64,000 nucleotides of DNA from Minisyncoccota bacterium (GTDB lineage Bacteria; Patescibacteriota; Minisyncoccia; Phycocordibacterales; UBA9973), in contig DAOQAL010000001.1 of the NCBI GenBank assembly GCA_035353995.1, positions 4,020 through 68,019 of the forward strand, in the 5' to 3' direction. The notes under the pieces were generated by a model. The model saw only the letters and a list, made by a program, of their open reading frames with translations, had not been told where the DNA came from and did no database searches. This document shows, piece by piece, positions 10,266-20,245 of this stretch. Within the stretch, counting starts at the first letter, position 1, and each line of letters starts with the position of its first letter. A program made the translations under genes and the position numbers.

Positions 10266-11534
10266 TTAAAATTTTAATATTTTTGAGAATTTGTCCTTTT
10301 CTTTAAATGGACCAATGAGAGCTAAATTTAATTTTTCATCTTTAAATATCTCATTTGCCATTTTTTTTATTTCTTTTGAAGTAACTTTTCTTATTTCTTT
10401 TGCTTTTTCTTCTGCGTTTTTAATTTCTTTTTTAAGAAGTTCTTGTCCACCGTAAAAATTTGCTATATCATCGCTTGATTCGAGAGATAGTTTCATATTT
10501 CCTATCAAACATTCTTTTACTTTATTTAATTCTTCTTCTGAAACTAATTCGGTTTTTAATTTTTTACATTCATCAATAACAGCTTGTATAACTTCTTCGA
10601 TTCTTTTATTGTCTACACCAGCAGAAATTTCAAAAAATCCATGATCAGTATAAACATCATCATAAGCACGAACATAGTAGCCTACTCCCATTTCTTCGCG
10701 CAATTTTTGAAAAAGTCTTGAACTCATTCCTCCACCCAAAACTCCACCCAAAACAGATAATGCAATATTTTTTTTATTAAATAAATCATAAGTGCGAACA
10801 CCAAGAACAAAATGTGTTTGATCGGTATCTTTGAATTTTAATAATGTTTCAGGTGCAGATTGTTGTTCTTTTACTTTTTCTTTTTTAGCTTTTTTACCAC
10901 GAGAAATTTTACCAAATATTTTATTTGCTTCTTTTATAACTTCTTTTTGAGAAAGCTTACCTGCAACAACTAAAACAGTAGCTTCTGGTAGATAGTGAGC
11001 TTTTTTATATTTTACAAAATTTTCTCTTTTCATTTTCAAAATATTTTCTTTCTCTCCTGCAATATTCCAGCCAGCTGGTTGATCTCCGTATAAAAGTTTC
11101 ATAAAAAGATCTTGCACGTGTCTATTTGGCAAATCTTCATACATATTTATTTCTTCAATAATTACTCCTTTTTCTTTTTCAATTTCGGCTTCTGGAAAAG
11201 TAGAATTTAAATAAATGTCAGATACTATATCAAAAATTTTCTTAAAATGTTTAGCGTCAGATTTTGCATAATATCCTGTATATTCTTGTGCTGTAAAAGC
11301 ATTATATTGAGAACCAATAGCATCTAATTCTTTTGAAATATCTATTGCTTTTGGTCTTTTTATTGTCCCCTTGAAACACATGTGCTCAAGAAAATGTGAA
11401 ATACCATTATTATTTTTTTCTTCATATTTAGAACCAGCTTCTACTAACATCAAAACAGTAACCGTTGGATTATCTTTCATCGGCACTGTTATAACTTTCA
11501 AACCATTTTTTAAAACTTTTTTTGTATATTTCAT
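10266..11534 (-). CDS. M16 (pitrilysin-like) zinc peptidase
   Basis: HFLEHMCFKGT (HxxEH), NAFT, GGGMSSRLFQ.LRE. Confidence 0.95.
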   Translation of the reverse strand: MKYTKKVLKNGLKVITVPMKDNPTVTVLMLVEAGSKYEEKNNNGISHFLEHMCFKGTIKRPKAIDISKELDAIGSQYNAFTAQEYTGYYAKSDAKHFKKIFDIVSDIYLNSTFPEAEIEKEKGVIIEEINMYEDLPNRHVQDLFMKLLYGDQPAGWNIAGEKENILKMKRENFVKYKKAHYLPEATVLVVAGKLSQKEVIKEANKIFGKISRGKKAKKEKVKEQQSAPETLLKFKDTDQTHFVLGVRTYDLFNKKNIALSVLGGVLGGGMSSRLFQKLREEMGVGYYVRAYDDVYTDHGFFEISAGVDNKRIEEVIQAVIDECKKLKTELVSEEELNKVKECLIGNMKLSLESSDDIANFYGGQELLKKEIKNAEEKAKEIRKVTSKEIKKMANEIFKDEKLNLALIGPFKEKDKFSKILKF

Positions 11535-11675
11535 TTGTTTATTCTAATACATTTACAATATATCCTTATATTTATCTAAAAAAACTTTTTAAAGTGTTTA
11601 ATAAAATCAAAATCTTTTTGCATATATTTAATATTAGCACAAAACATTATCTAAAATCTAAACTCCCCAATTAAA

Positions 11676-11710
11676 CAAAATTAAGCAAGGACGGTCCTTG
11701 CTTAATTTTG
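11676..11710. repeat. REP-like palindrome downstream of RAYT
   Basis: caaaattaagcaaggac-g-gtccttgcttaattttg, 17-bp perfect arms. Confidence 0.85.
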
Positions 11711-11711
11711 C

Positions 11712-12380
11712 TTAATTTGTAAAATAATCTTCAACAAAATCTTTAAAGGATGAAACGCCTCCGAAATAATCTGGAAAGTTTTGCGGTTCTATTATATTCT
11801 TCTCTGCCCTTTCAACTTCTAAATAATCTTGATAACTGGAATACCTATAAGATTTTAAAAACTTTTTTATCTCAACGGATGGCTTTTTTATTTGCTTCTT
11901 CCATTCTGGAAATTTTATTTCTAAAGGATTTATATGAATGTATCCAAATAATTGTCTCATATAATTATCATCAAATCCAATTAATTTTGATTTAAATAAT
12001 CCTCCAAATAAAGCCCCCGATCTTTGATATTTAATATTAAAAAACATAGCATAACTAGTCCCAAGTTTTTTCATAAACCTAGTTATTCCACCATCAACTT
12101 CTTGTCTAACCAATAGATGAAAGTGATTACTCATCAAACACCATGCACCAATAGAAACTAATGGCTCACCTTTATCCAAAACTAAAACTTCATCAAGGGT
12201 TTTATGTTGCTGATTTATTAAATTATCAAGGCGAAAAGATCCTTTTTGCGTGTTGGAAATATATAAAAGCATAATAAATCGTTCGTAATCTCTATTTGAT
12301 TTAAAAATTACTCTTTTATCTATTCCACGATTGTAAATATGATAATACTCCCCTGTCACGAATGGATCTTTTCTAAGCAT
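11712..12380 (-). mobile_element. REP-associated tyrosine transposase (RAYT, Y1 HUH)
   Basis: YYHIYNRG, CLMSNHFHLL (HUH), G.LF.G.FKS, YIHINP, YSSY; flanked by the same palindrome on both sides. Confidence 0.92.
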
Positions 12381-12407
12381 CTATAGATTATAGTAAATGA
12401 ACAACAC

Positions 12408-12450
12408 ATTAAGCAAGGACGGTCCTTGCTTACGGTCCTTGCTTAATTTT
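12408..12450. repeat. REP-like palindrome upstream of RAYT with a duplicated arm
   Basis: attaagcaaggacggtccttgctt followed by a tandem copy of acggtccttgctt. Confidence 0.85.
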
Positions 12451-13759
12451 ATGAAATTTCTTTTTTTATGAAATCAATAAGATTTGCAACCTTAACTCTC
12501 TCTTGTTTAGCAGTATCCCTATCGCGAACTGTCACTGCATCATCTTTTAGGGTATCAAAATCAACCACTATACAAAATGGTGTGCCTATTTCATCTTGTC
12601 GGCGATAACGTTTTCCAATATTGCCATTATCATCCCAAATTACTCGTCCAAATTCTTCTTTTAGTGGGGCAAAAACTTTTGTATTTGCGTATTCAACAAG
12701 TTCAGTTTTGTTTTTAAGAAGTGGAGAAACTGCACAAATTATTGGAGCTATACTTGGTTTAAATTTTAAATATGCTCTTATTTCTCCATCTTTTTCATCT
12801 TCTGCATAAGAAGAAAGTAAAAGTGCAAGAATTGCTCTATCAACACCAAATGTAGGTTCAATAACATGTGGAGTTATTTTTCCTTCACCTTCTTCATCTA
12901 CAAATTCAAGACCGTGGTTTTTCAAATCAAAATCAGTTCTATAAGCAAGACCGAAAAGTTCTTTTTGTCCAAAAGGATATTCAAATTCAAAATCAACTGT
13001 TCTACTTGAATAATGTGCTCTATCCCCTTCCTCTATTTCTACTTCATGAATTTTATTCATATCAATACCAACTTCTTCAATCCATTCAAGCATTTCTCCT
13101 TTCCAATATTCAAAATATTTTTCCCAATCTTCTTTTCTTGTGAAATATTCTATTTCCATCTGTTCAAATTCTCGAACTCTAAAAATAAAATCACGCGGAG
13201 TTATTTCATTTCTAAATGCTTTACCTATTTGAGCAATACCAAATGGAAGTTTAGGATGAAAAGCATCAACTGTATTTTTAAAATTAACAAAAATACCTTG
13301 TGCTGTTTCTGGACGGAGATATGAAATTGCAGAAGAATCTTCAGAAGCACCAATTTTAGTTTCAAACATCATATTGAATTTTTTTATTTCACCTAATTTA
13401 TTGCCACATTTAGGACATTTTTTAGGATCATCAATTTGATCTGCCCGAAATTTTTTATTGCACTTTTTACACTCAACCATTGGATCAGCAAAATTTTCAA
13501 CATGCCCAGCTTTTTGCCATACTTCTTGTCGCATTAATATAGAAGCATCAATTCCATACATATCTCTACGAGAATCTACAAATTTTTTCCACCAAGAATT
13601 TTTTACATTATTTTTAAGAGCGACGCCAAAATGTCCCCAGTCATATATACCTCCAAGTCCACCATAAATTTCTGAACCAGGAAAAATAAAACCACGTCTC
13701 TTGCAAAGAGATACTATTTTTTCCATCAAATCATTATCAATTTTTTCTTTTTTATCCAT
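12449..13759 (-). CDS. glyQS: Glycine--tRNA ligase (homodimeric alpha2 type)
   Basis: LCKRRGF, LRPETAQG, FRNEITP, REFEQME, IGKRYRRQDEIGTP. Confidence 0.97.
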   Translation of the reverse strand: MDKKEKIDNDLMEKIVSLCKRRGFIFPGSEIYGGLGGIYDWGHFGVALKNNVKNSWWKKFVDSRRDMYGIDASILMRQEVWQKAGHVENFADPMVECKKCNKKFRADQIDDPKKCPKCGNKLGEIKKFNMMFETKIGASEDSSAISYLRPETAQGIFVNFKNTVDAFHPKLPFGIAQIGKAFRNEITPRDFIFRVREFEQMEIEYFTRKEDWEKYFEYWKGEMLEWIEEVGIDMNKIHEVEIEEGDRAHYSSRTVDFEFEYPFGQKELFGLAYRTDFDLKNHGLEFVDEEGEGKITPHVIEPTFGVDRAILALLLSSYAEDEKDGEIRAYLKFKPSIAPIICAVSPLLKNKTELVEYANTKVFAPLKEEFGRVIWDDNGNIGKRYRRQDEIGTPFCIVVDFDTLKDDAVTVRDRDTAKQERVKVANLIDFIKKEIS

Positions 13760-13766
13760 AATTATT

Positions 13767-15695
13767 TTATTCAATTACTCTAGCACCTGTTGGCACGAAA
13801 GATGGGTCACTTGTTAGTAAAGTATTTAATGATGATTTATTTACTTTAACATCAACATTAGCAAAATCATCATGTCCGGTCAAAGTCGTATCATTTATAA
13901 TCACTGGCATTGAACCGACTTGAGAAAGAGAAGGGGTAAAACCAATTTGGAAACTTACTTCTCTCTCTGTATCTGTAATGCCAGTACCGCGTGGCACTCC
14001 TCCTATACTCCATAATATTTCTCTCGTAGAAGCATTGTAAGATAAATCTTCTGTTGGAGGAGAAATTGTTCCAATAAACTTTGCCCATTTAGGCAAAGTA
14101 GAACGCACTTGTGTTCCTGAAATATTGTTTGATGTATTAGAAAGTGACCATACTATTGTATAAGTTGTTTCTCCTTCTGCTTTAGGAGGAATGCTTCCTG
14201 TATTTGTGAATGGGCCTGAATAATATAAAGCTTTTGTATTAAGACCAACATTCGAAATAATTTTAATTATCTTTGATTCTGAATTATCTAAACTCTTAAC
14301 TTCATCACCTAACAATGGTTGTTTTGCAGATATTGAAACATCTATTTGTATTGTCGGTTCAGAAAGCATTCCACTTGATGCTGTATAAAGAGGCAATGAT
14401 GACAAAGAAAAGTTTACAGAACCAGAATCTCCTGGATTTACTTCTGCAAATTTATTTTGATTATTTTTATCCCAGATAATAGTATCTATTGAAGAATTAT
14501 AATAACCTTGATTTACTTCTATTGTTTTACGATTTACAGCATTACCAGAAATTTTTGCACGAATTTCCATATCACTAACAGCTGTATCGAAGTTATTAGC
14601 CCAATTTATTTCTCCTGTAATCGTCGTGCTTGAATCTATTGCATATTCTCTCTGATATACGCCATTTACAACTAATTTTGCTTCTATAAATGGTTGTTTT
14701 ATAGCAACCGTATGTCCTAAAGAATTAAATACAATTCCTATCATAGATTTATCTGAGTCGCTTTGTGAACCACTAAAAATATGAAATGTTTTTTCTTCTC
14801 CATCAGAGACATCAATCATTTTTCCAACAATAGAAATATCTCTTTCTGTGCCGGGAGAAAGATCGCCTAAGCTCCATACATTATTACCCAATGATGGAGA
14901 TGGTGTAGCAGATTCAAATTGAAAACCTACAGGATAATCTAATTTAACTAAAATATTTGAAGCCGACTTGGTAGCATTTAATACTGCTTTCACATTTAAA
15001 ACAATATCTTGATTCTGAGTAACTTCTGTAGGAGCTTCTATAGACAGATCAATAGGAGCAGAACTTATTGAAACATCATATAATTTATCTTTTAAGAATA
15101 TAGCATTTGAATTTTGAACTCTATATTCTAAAGAAACTTTAATTTGGCGTGTGCTTCCTTGTTCACCAAAAAGAATAACTTTTACATTGCTTGTTTTTAC
15201 TCCGCCAGAAGGTATTGTTCCAAGTGATTCACGAACACGTTCAACTTCACCAGATAAATCACCTGAAGAACTTTTTGGATATTCTATAAGCAAATCAGCT
15301 AATTCAAGCGGTGAATTATTTTTATTTGTAATCTCTACTTGTAATGGAAGTTCTTCACCTCCTGCAGTAAATGTATTTCCAAGAATAGCAATTTCAATAT
15401 TACTGTTTGAAACAGTATTGCCACCAGCAAAAAACATATACGAAGCGTAACCGATAGCCAAAATAAAAAATGCTATTGAAAAAATAAAAAATTTTTTAAA
15501 CATAGATGTTTTTTTGAAGAATTTTTCTTGTAAATTCGCTGTACCTTTCTTTTCGTTTTCCCAAGAGTCTGGCACGTCTTTTTCTGCAAAATGTAAAAAA
15601 TTACTGCGAAGCTCTCTCTTTGTTTCATAATTTCTACTATTAAGTTTCGTTTTTATCTCTTCTATTCTATTTAACTTTTCATCGTCCTCTTGCAT
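13767..15695 (-). CDS. Membrane-anchored protein with repeated Ig-like (DUF11-like) beta domains
   Basis: One N-terminal TM, then beta-rich repeats (YP.GF.F.SA.P, W.LG.L.PG). Confidence 0.75.
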   Translation of the reverse strand: MQEDDEKLNRIEEIKTKLNSRNYETKRELRSNFLHFAEKDVPDSWENEKKGTANLQEKFFKKTSMFKKFFIFSIAFFILAIGYASYMFFAGGNTVSNSNIEIAILGNTFTAGGEELPLQVEITNKNNSPLELADLLIEYPKSSSGDLSGEVERVRESLGTIPSGGVKTSNVKVILFGEQGSTRQIKVSLEYRVQNSNAIFLKDKLYDVSISSAPIDLSIEAPTEVTQNQDIVLNVKAVLNATKSASNILVKLDYPVGFQFESATPSPSLGNNVWSLGDLSPGTERDISIVGKMIDVSDGEEKTFHIFSGSQSDSDKSMIGIVFNSLGHTVAIKQPFIEAKLVVNGVYQREYAIDSSTTITGEINWANNFDTAVSDMEIRAKISGNAVNRKTIEVNQGYYNSSIDTIIWDKNNQNKFAEVNPGDSGSVNFSLSSLPLYTASSGMLSEPTIQIDVSISAKQPLLGDEVKSLDNSESKIIKIISNVGLNTKALYYSGPFTNTGSIPPKAEGETTYTIVWSLSNTSNNISGTQVRSTLPKWAKFIGTISPPTEDLSYNASTREILWSIGGVPRGTGITDTEREVSFQIGFTPSLSQVGSMPVIINDTTLTGHDDFANVDVKVNKSSLNTLLTSDPSFVPTGARVIE

Positions 15696-15744
15696 ATTTC
15701 AATTATACATCGTGAATTCGTTTTTAACAAAACTTGACTTAATA

Positions 15745-16326
15745 TTACAAATGACTTTCACTAATAGCCTTATTTATCTCTGAAAGAATTTTTGTTCTCT
15801 TTTTGTCAGCTTCTAATACAAGTTTTTCATCAAAAGGAGTTTTAATTATCGTATTCAAAGAATTACTTGCACCGATATAACCTAAGTTGCTCAAAATTCT
15901 CAAAACTATTATGGCTTCAATATTTTGCAATTCATTTTTTGATTTTGATTTTTCTAAAAAAGACAAACCATTTAATAAATCATCGAATAAAGAAGAATTT
16001 GGCTCTTCACCAGCAAGTAACCTTTTTAGTAAATTTGATATGTTCGCAAAAATCATAAGTTTTTGTTTTTCTTTTTTTATTTCTTCAAGCTCTGGCGTTT
16101 TCAATGCATTTGTAATTCTCCAGTAATCTTTTCCACGTACAAAATCAATTTTTACATGAGAAAAATCTTGCAAAACGAAACGAAGTTTAGAAGAAATTTT
16201 TCTAATACCTTGAGCACTAGCATAAATCATTCCTAAGTCGCGAGTAAAAATAGCGTAGCTACGATCAGCCTCTTTAGTATTTCTACTGCTAAGTATTATA
16301 CCCTCCGTATGATAAATATGATGCAT
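15745..16326 (-). CDS. recO: DNA repair protein RecO (short form)
   Basis: TEGIIL....EAD.....FTRDLG.I...AQGIRK..SKL; LRILS.LGY. Confidence 0.88.
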   Translation of the reverse strand: MHHIYHTEGIILSSRNTKEADRSYAIFTRDLGMIYASAQGIRKISSKLRFVLQDFSHVKIDFVRGKDYWRITNALKTPELEEIKKEKQKLMIFANISNLLKRLLAGEEPNSSLFDDLLNGLSFLEKSKSKNELQNIEAIIVLRILSNLGYIGASNSLNTIIKTPFDEKLVLEADKKRTKILSEINKAISESHL

Positions 16327-19300
16327 TATTTCTCAATCTTTATTCGAAAAACAAGATTGTCGATTTTGATTTCCTCGCCTTGGTTTTCAGAAAATTTTAT
16401 TTCGGATGCCAAAACTGTTTTCTTTATATCTTTTTCAAATTTTTTAATTAATTTTTCTCCATCTTCTTGTGTCTTAATAAAGAGAACAATATTATCATTC
16501 GGTGTAAGTCCAGCCTTTTTACGCATATCTTGTACTGCTCGCACAAATTCTCTATAATTTCCTTCTTCTTTTAATTCTAGCGTTATTTCCATATCAAGTA
16601 AAACTTCTGTTTCAATATTTTTATTTTCTAGAACATCTTTTACATTTAATTCATCTTTTATAAGTTCTAAATATTTTTTATCAAGAGATAAATTTTTTAT
16701 TTCCATCTTTGCAAGAGGTTGTCTTACCGGAATTCCTCCTTTTTGTCTTTTTTCAAGTCCAATAGAAACAATTTTTCTTACATCTTCCATATTTTTTATT
16801 ATTTCTTGGTCTACTTTTTTATTTTCTGGCCAGCTTGCAAGATGTATACTTTCTTCATCTTTAAAGTTTTTTAACTTCAACCATATATCTTCGGCAGTAA
16901 ACGGAGCAAATGGAGCTATAATCTTAGATAGATTTTTTAAAACGAAGTACAAAGTCTGTCTAGCTTCACCATAATCCTTAAGAGTAATAGGCCTACTTGC
17001 TTCTTCTTTAATTCGATCACGAGAACGACGTAAATACCAAGTAGAAAGATCATTTATAAAATCACGAATTGCTCTTGTTGGCTCTAGAACTCTATAATTA
17101 TCCATATTTTCTACACAAAGAATATTTAATTCATCTAATTTAGACACAATCCACTGATCTAAAATATTTTCTGATTTTTTATATTCCAATTTTTCCAATT
17201 CAATGTCTCTATATAGTTCATAAAAAGCAAGCACATTATAAAGTAAACCAAAAACTTGTCGATGAAGTTCAACAACAGTTTTTTCATCAAAGTTTTTTGA
17301 TTCACCAGGCTGGTTTACTCCGTACATCCAAAGACGAAGAGTATCTACTCCATATTTATTAATCATTGACCATGGATCTACAACATTTCCAATAGACTTA
17401 GACATTTTTTTACCATTTGCATCCAAAAGTAAACCTAAACAAATAACATTTTTATATGCTTTACCTCGCCCCATTAATGTTCCCACAGCATGCAAAGTGT
17501 AAAACCATCCACGAGTTTGATCTATTGCTTCAGAAATAAAATCAGCCGGATATTTCAAATTTTTATTTTCAAAAAGTCCACCTTTAGCAAAATCGAATGG
17601 ATAATGATCCTGAGAAAACGGCATAGTTCCCGAATCAAGCCAAACATCCATTACTTCTTTTGTCCTTTCTAATTTTCCTCCACAAACTTGCCCTGAGCCT
17701 GTTGAATTAGAACAAATAAGTTCCGCCTCATCAATATAAGGTTTGTGTAAGTCTGGCATATAATCCTCGTCATGTGGCAGAGAAACAAATCCGAATTCTT
17801 TTATTTCTGCATTGTTTATAGAAACCAGAGGATCATGTTTGCTAGATAAATCCGAAAAAGAAAGTCCTTTCACAATAAAACTAATTGCTCGACTGGTTGA
17901 ACCTTGATGTCCTATAATTAAAATATTTTTATTATTATATTTTTTCTCAATTTCGTATAAGAATTCACCAACCCTTTTTACTAACTCCGCAAAACTTTCA
18001 CCACCAGGAAGAGATTCTTTCGGACTATCTAAGTAATCAAGGTCATAATATTTTTTAAATTCAGAGCGATCCTTTTTGTCAAAAACATTACTGGTTTCCA
18101 TCTCTTTTATACGGTCATCAAAAATTACTTTTTCAATTGGAAATCCAGTTTGTTTACAAAAGATCTCGGCTGTTTCTTTTGTACGTTCAAAAGGTGAAGA
18201 TATAATAATATCAATTTTTTCTTTGAAGTTTTTTGCACTTTCTATAACTTGCTCTTTGCCATTTTCTGTTAGTTTTGCACTATGATGTATATCTCTGGAA
18301 TTAACATTATCTTTAGCTATATTATTCATTGCTTCACCATGTCGCATAACAAAATATCTATTGCCTGATTTTTTAGTTTTTTCTTTCAAGTCAGCCACAC
18401 TGCCTATAACTTCTAATTTTCCACATTTACTGCATGTCCAAACAGGAAGTGGTGTTCCCCAATATCTCTCTCTGGAAATTGCCCAATCTTTTATTTCACG
18501 AAGCCATTCACCAAAACGTCCTTCTTTTATATGTGCTGGTTCCCAATTAATACCTTCGTTCTCTTTTACAAGTTTGTCTCTCAAAGATGACATTTTTATA
18601 TACCAAGAATCTCGTGCGTAATAAATAAGCGCAGTTTTACATCTCCAACAATGTGGATATGAGTGTTCGTATTTTTCTTTTTTTAATAAAAGTTCACGAT
18701 GTGCTAAGTCTTTTATAATATCTACAGCTACATCTTCATCACGAACAAATCTTCCTTCAAGAAAACCTGTTCCTGCTAAAAATTTTCCATCAAGACCAAC
18801 TAAATGATGTTTTGGTAAACCAATTTCTGTGCCCAGCATGAAGTCATCTTGTCCATACATTACAGCAGTATGCACAACTCCAGTTCCATCTTCAGTAGTA
18901 ACAAAACTAGCTGGATAAACTTTAAATGATTTTTCTAAATTCTCACCTTTTTTCTCAAGTTGTTCTTTCAAAAATGGATAAAGTGGTTCATATTCTAAAC
19001 CAATTAAATCTTTACCTTTAACCACATTTAATACCCTCTCCTCATGTGCCTCACCCATTAAATAAAGATCCATAAGATTTTGATTTTTAGGACCATTTTT
19101 ATCAACAACGGTATCTGGTGAAAAAATATATGAATTTCTAGTTCCATCATTTTCTGTTTTTGTAATAATCCAATATTTAACATTTTTATTTATAGCAAGC
19201 GCAACATTTCCTGGCAAAGTCCAAGGGGTAGTAGTCCATGCTATTATGTATGTATTTTCTGTTGTAGTGAAATTATCTATTTTCTGTCCAACTTTTAATT

Positions 19301-19934
19301 TAAATTTTACATAGACAGATAAATCTTTTACGTCTTGATAGCCTTGAGCAAGTTCATGGGAAGAAAGAGCTGTTCCACATCGTGGACACCATGGTACAAC
19401 TTTATAATCTTTATAAAGTAATTTTTGTTTATCTACTTCTTTTACTACATTCCAAACAGATTCAATATAATTATTGTGATATGTAACGTATGGATTTTTT
19501 TGATCAACCCAAAAACCAATTCGCTCTGTAAATTTTTCCCAAAGATCTACGTATTGCCAAACACTTTCTTTACATTTTTTATTAAATTTAGCAACTCCGT
19601 ATTCTTCAATTTCTTTTTTTGATTTTAAACCGAGTTCTTTTTCAACTTGCAATTCTACAGGCAAACCATGAGTATCCCAACCTCCTTTTCTGCGAACATA
19701 ATACCCTTTCATTGTTTTGTAACGTGGAATAACATCTTTAAAAGCTCTTGCTTCTAAATGATGAATTCCAGGTTTACCATTTGCAGTAGGTGGACCTTCG
19801 TAAAAAACGAAATCACCACTTGGTGCTTCTTTTTCTAAAGATTTTTCAAAAATTTTATTTTCTTTCCAAAATTTTAAAACTGCTTCTTCTTTTTTTGCTA
19901 TCTCACTTTTGTTTTTGTTTTCTTCTTTGTCCAT
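16326..19934 (-). CDS. ileS: Isoleucine--tRNA ligase (type 2) with inserted histidine-phosphatase domain
   Basis: GPPTANG.PGIHH, GWDTHGLP, WTTTPWTLP, DWAISRERYWG, KMSKS; internal RHGE...SSPFER...GGES...GH domain. Confidence 0.97.
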   Translation of the reverse strand: MDKEENKNKSEIAKKEEAVLKFWKENKIFEKSLEKEAPSGDFVFYEGPPTANGKPGIHHLEARAFKDVIPRYKTMKGYYVRRKGGWDTHGLPVELQVEKELGLKSKKEIEEYGVAKFNKKCKESVWQYVDLWEKFTERIGFWVDQKNPYVTYHNNYIESVWNVVKEVDKQKLLYKDYKVVPWCPRCGTALSSHELAQGYQDVKDLSVYVKFKLKVGQKIDNFTTTENTYIIAWTTTPWTLPGNVALAINKNVKYWIITKTENDGTRNSYIFSPDTVVDKNGPKNQNLMDLYLMGEAHEERVLNVVKGKDLIGLEYEPLYPFLKEQLEKKGENLEKSFKVYPASFVTTEDGTGVVHTAVMYGQDDFMLGTEIGLPKHHLVGLDGKFLAGTGFLEGRFVRDEDVAVDIIKDLAHRELLLKKEKYEHSYPHCWRCKTALIYYARDSWYIKMSSLRDKLVKENEGINWEPAHIKEGRFGEWLREIKDWAISRERYWGTPLPVWTCSKCGKLEVIGSVADLKEKTKKSGNRYFVMRHGEAMNNIAKDNVNSRDIHHSAKLTENGKEQVIESAKNFKEKIDIIISSPFERTKETAEIFCKQTGFPIEKVIFDDRIKEMETSNVFDKKDRSEFKKYYDLDYLDSPKESLPGGESFAELVKRVGEFLYEIEKKYNNKNILIIGHQGSTSRAISFIVKGLSFSDLSSKHDPLVSINNAEIKEFGFVSLPHDEDYMPDLHKPYIDEAELICSNSTGSGQVCGGKLERTKEVMDVWLDSGTMPFSQDHYPFDFAKGGLFENKNLKYPADFISEAIDQTRGWFYTLHAVGTLMGRGKAYKNVICLGLLLDANGKKMSKSIGNVVDPWSMINKYGVDTLRLWMYGVNQPGESKNFDEKTVVELHRQVFGLLYNVLAFYELYRDIELEKLEYKKSENILDQWIVSKLDELNILCVENMDNYRVLEPTRAIRDFINDLSTWYLRRSRDRIKEEASRPITLKDYGEARQTLYFVLKNLSKIIAPFAPFTAEDIWLKLKNFKDEESIHLASWPENKKVDQEIIKNMEDVRKIVSIGLEKRQKGGIPVRQPLAKMEIKNLSLDKKYLELIKDELNVKDVLENKNIETEVLLDMEITLELKEEGNYREFVRAVQDMRKKAGLTPNDNIVLFIKTQEDGEKLIKKFEKDIKKTVLASEIKFSENQGEEIKIDNLVFRIKIEK

Positions 19935-19955
19935 AAAAAATATTTATTATCAAAT

Positions 19956-20160
19956 AAAAAAATCGTCCACGTACAACAATAAAAATTGTTATACAAGGAC
20001 GATTTTTTCGCTAGCGGTGAGCATAGTCGAATCGTGGTACCACCTTGTTTCTCTCCTTTACGGAGACTCAATTACAGCTATAACGGGCATACCCGCCGAG
20101 CTCTACTTGCCTTTCGGCTTTCTCCTCGGTGCTCCAGAGTGATAACTCCTTCAATGCTTT
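19956..20160 (-). promoter_or_regulatory. T-box riboswitch (Ile, AUC specifier) with terminator/antiterminator
   Basis: Minus strand: caagg-TGGTACC-acgat pairs with atcgt-ccttg; Stem II S-turn (AGUA/GAA); CCCGTTA box; terminator atcgtcc...ggacgat-TTTTTT; promoter TTGTAA-17-TATAAT at 20195-20167. Confidence 0.92.
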
Positions 20161-20210
20161 AGTTTGATTATACTCACAAATTCGAGAAATTACAACAAAC
20201 ATTAACCCCC

Positions 20211-20239
20211 TTGCATTTTAAAAAAGAAGATGGCATACT
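20211..20239 (+). promoter_or_regulatory. Sigma70-type promoter for the candidate ncRNA
   Basis: TTGCAT-17nt-CATACT with extended -10 TG. Confidence 0.65.
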
Positions 20240-20245
20240 CCCAAA

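Noticed and set aside
11676-12450. CRISPR array
   Set aside because: There are only two palindromes flanking a transposase, with no repeat-spacer periodicity and no cas genes in the window.
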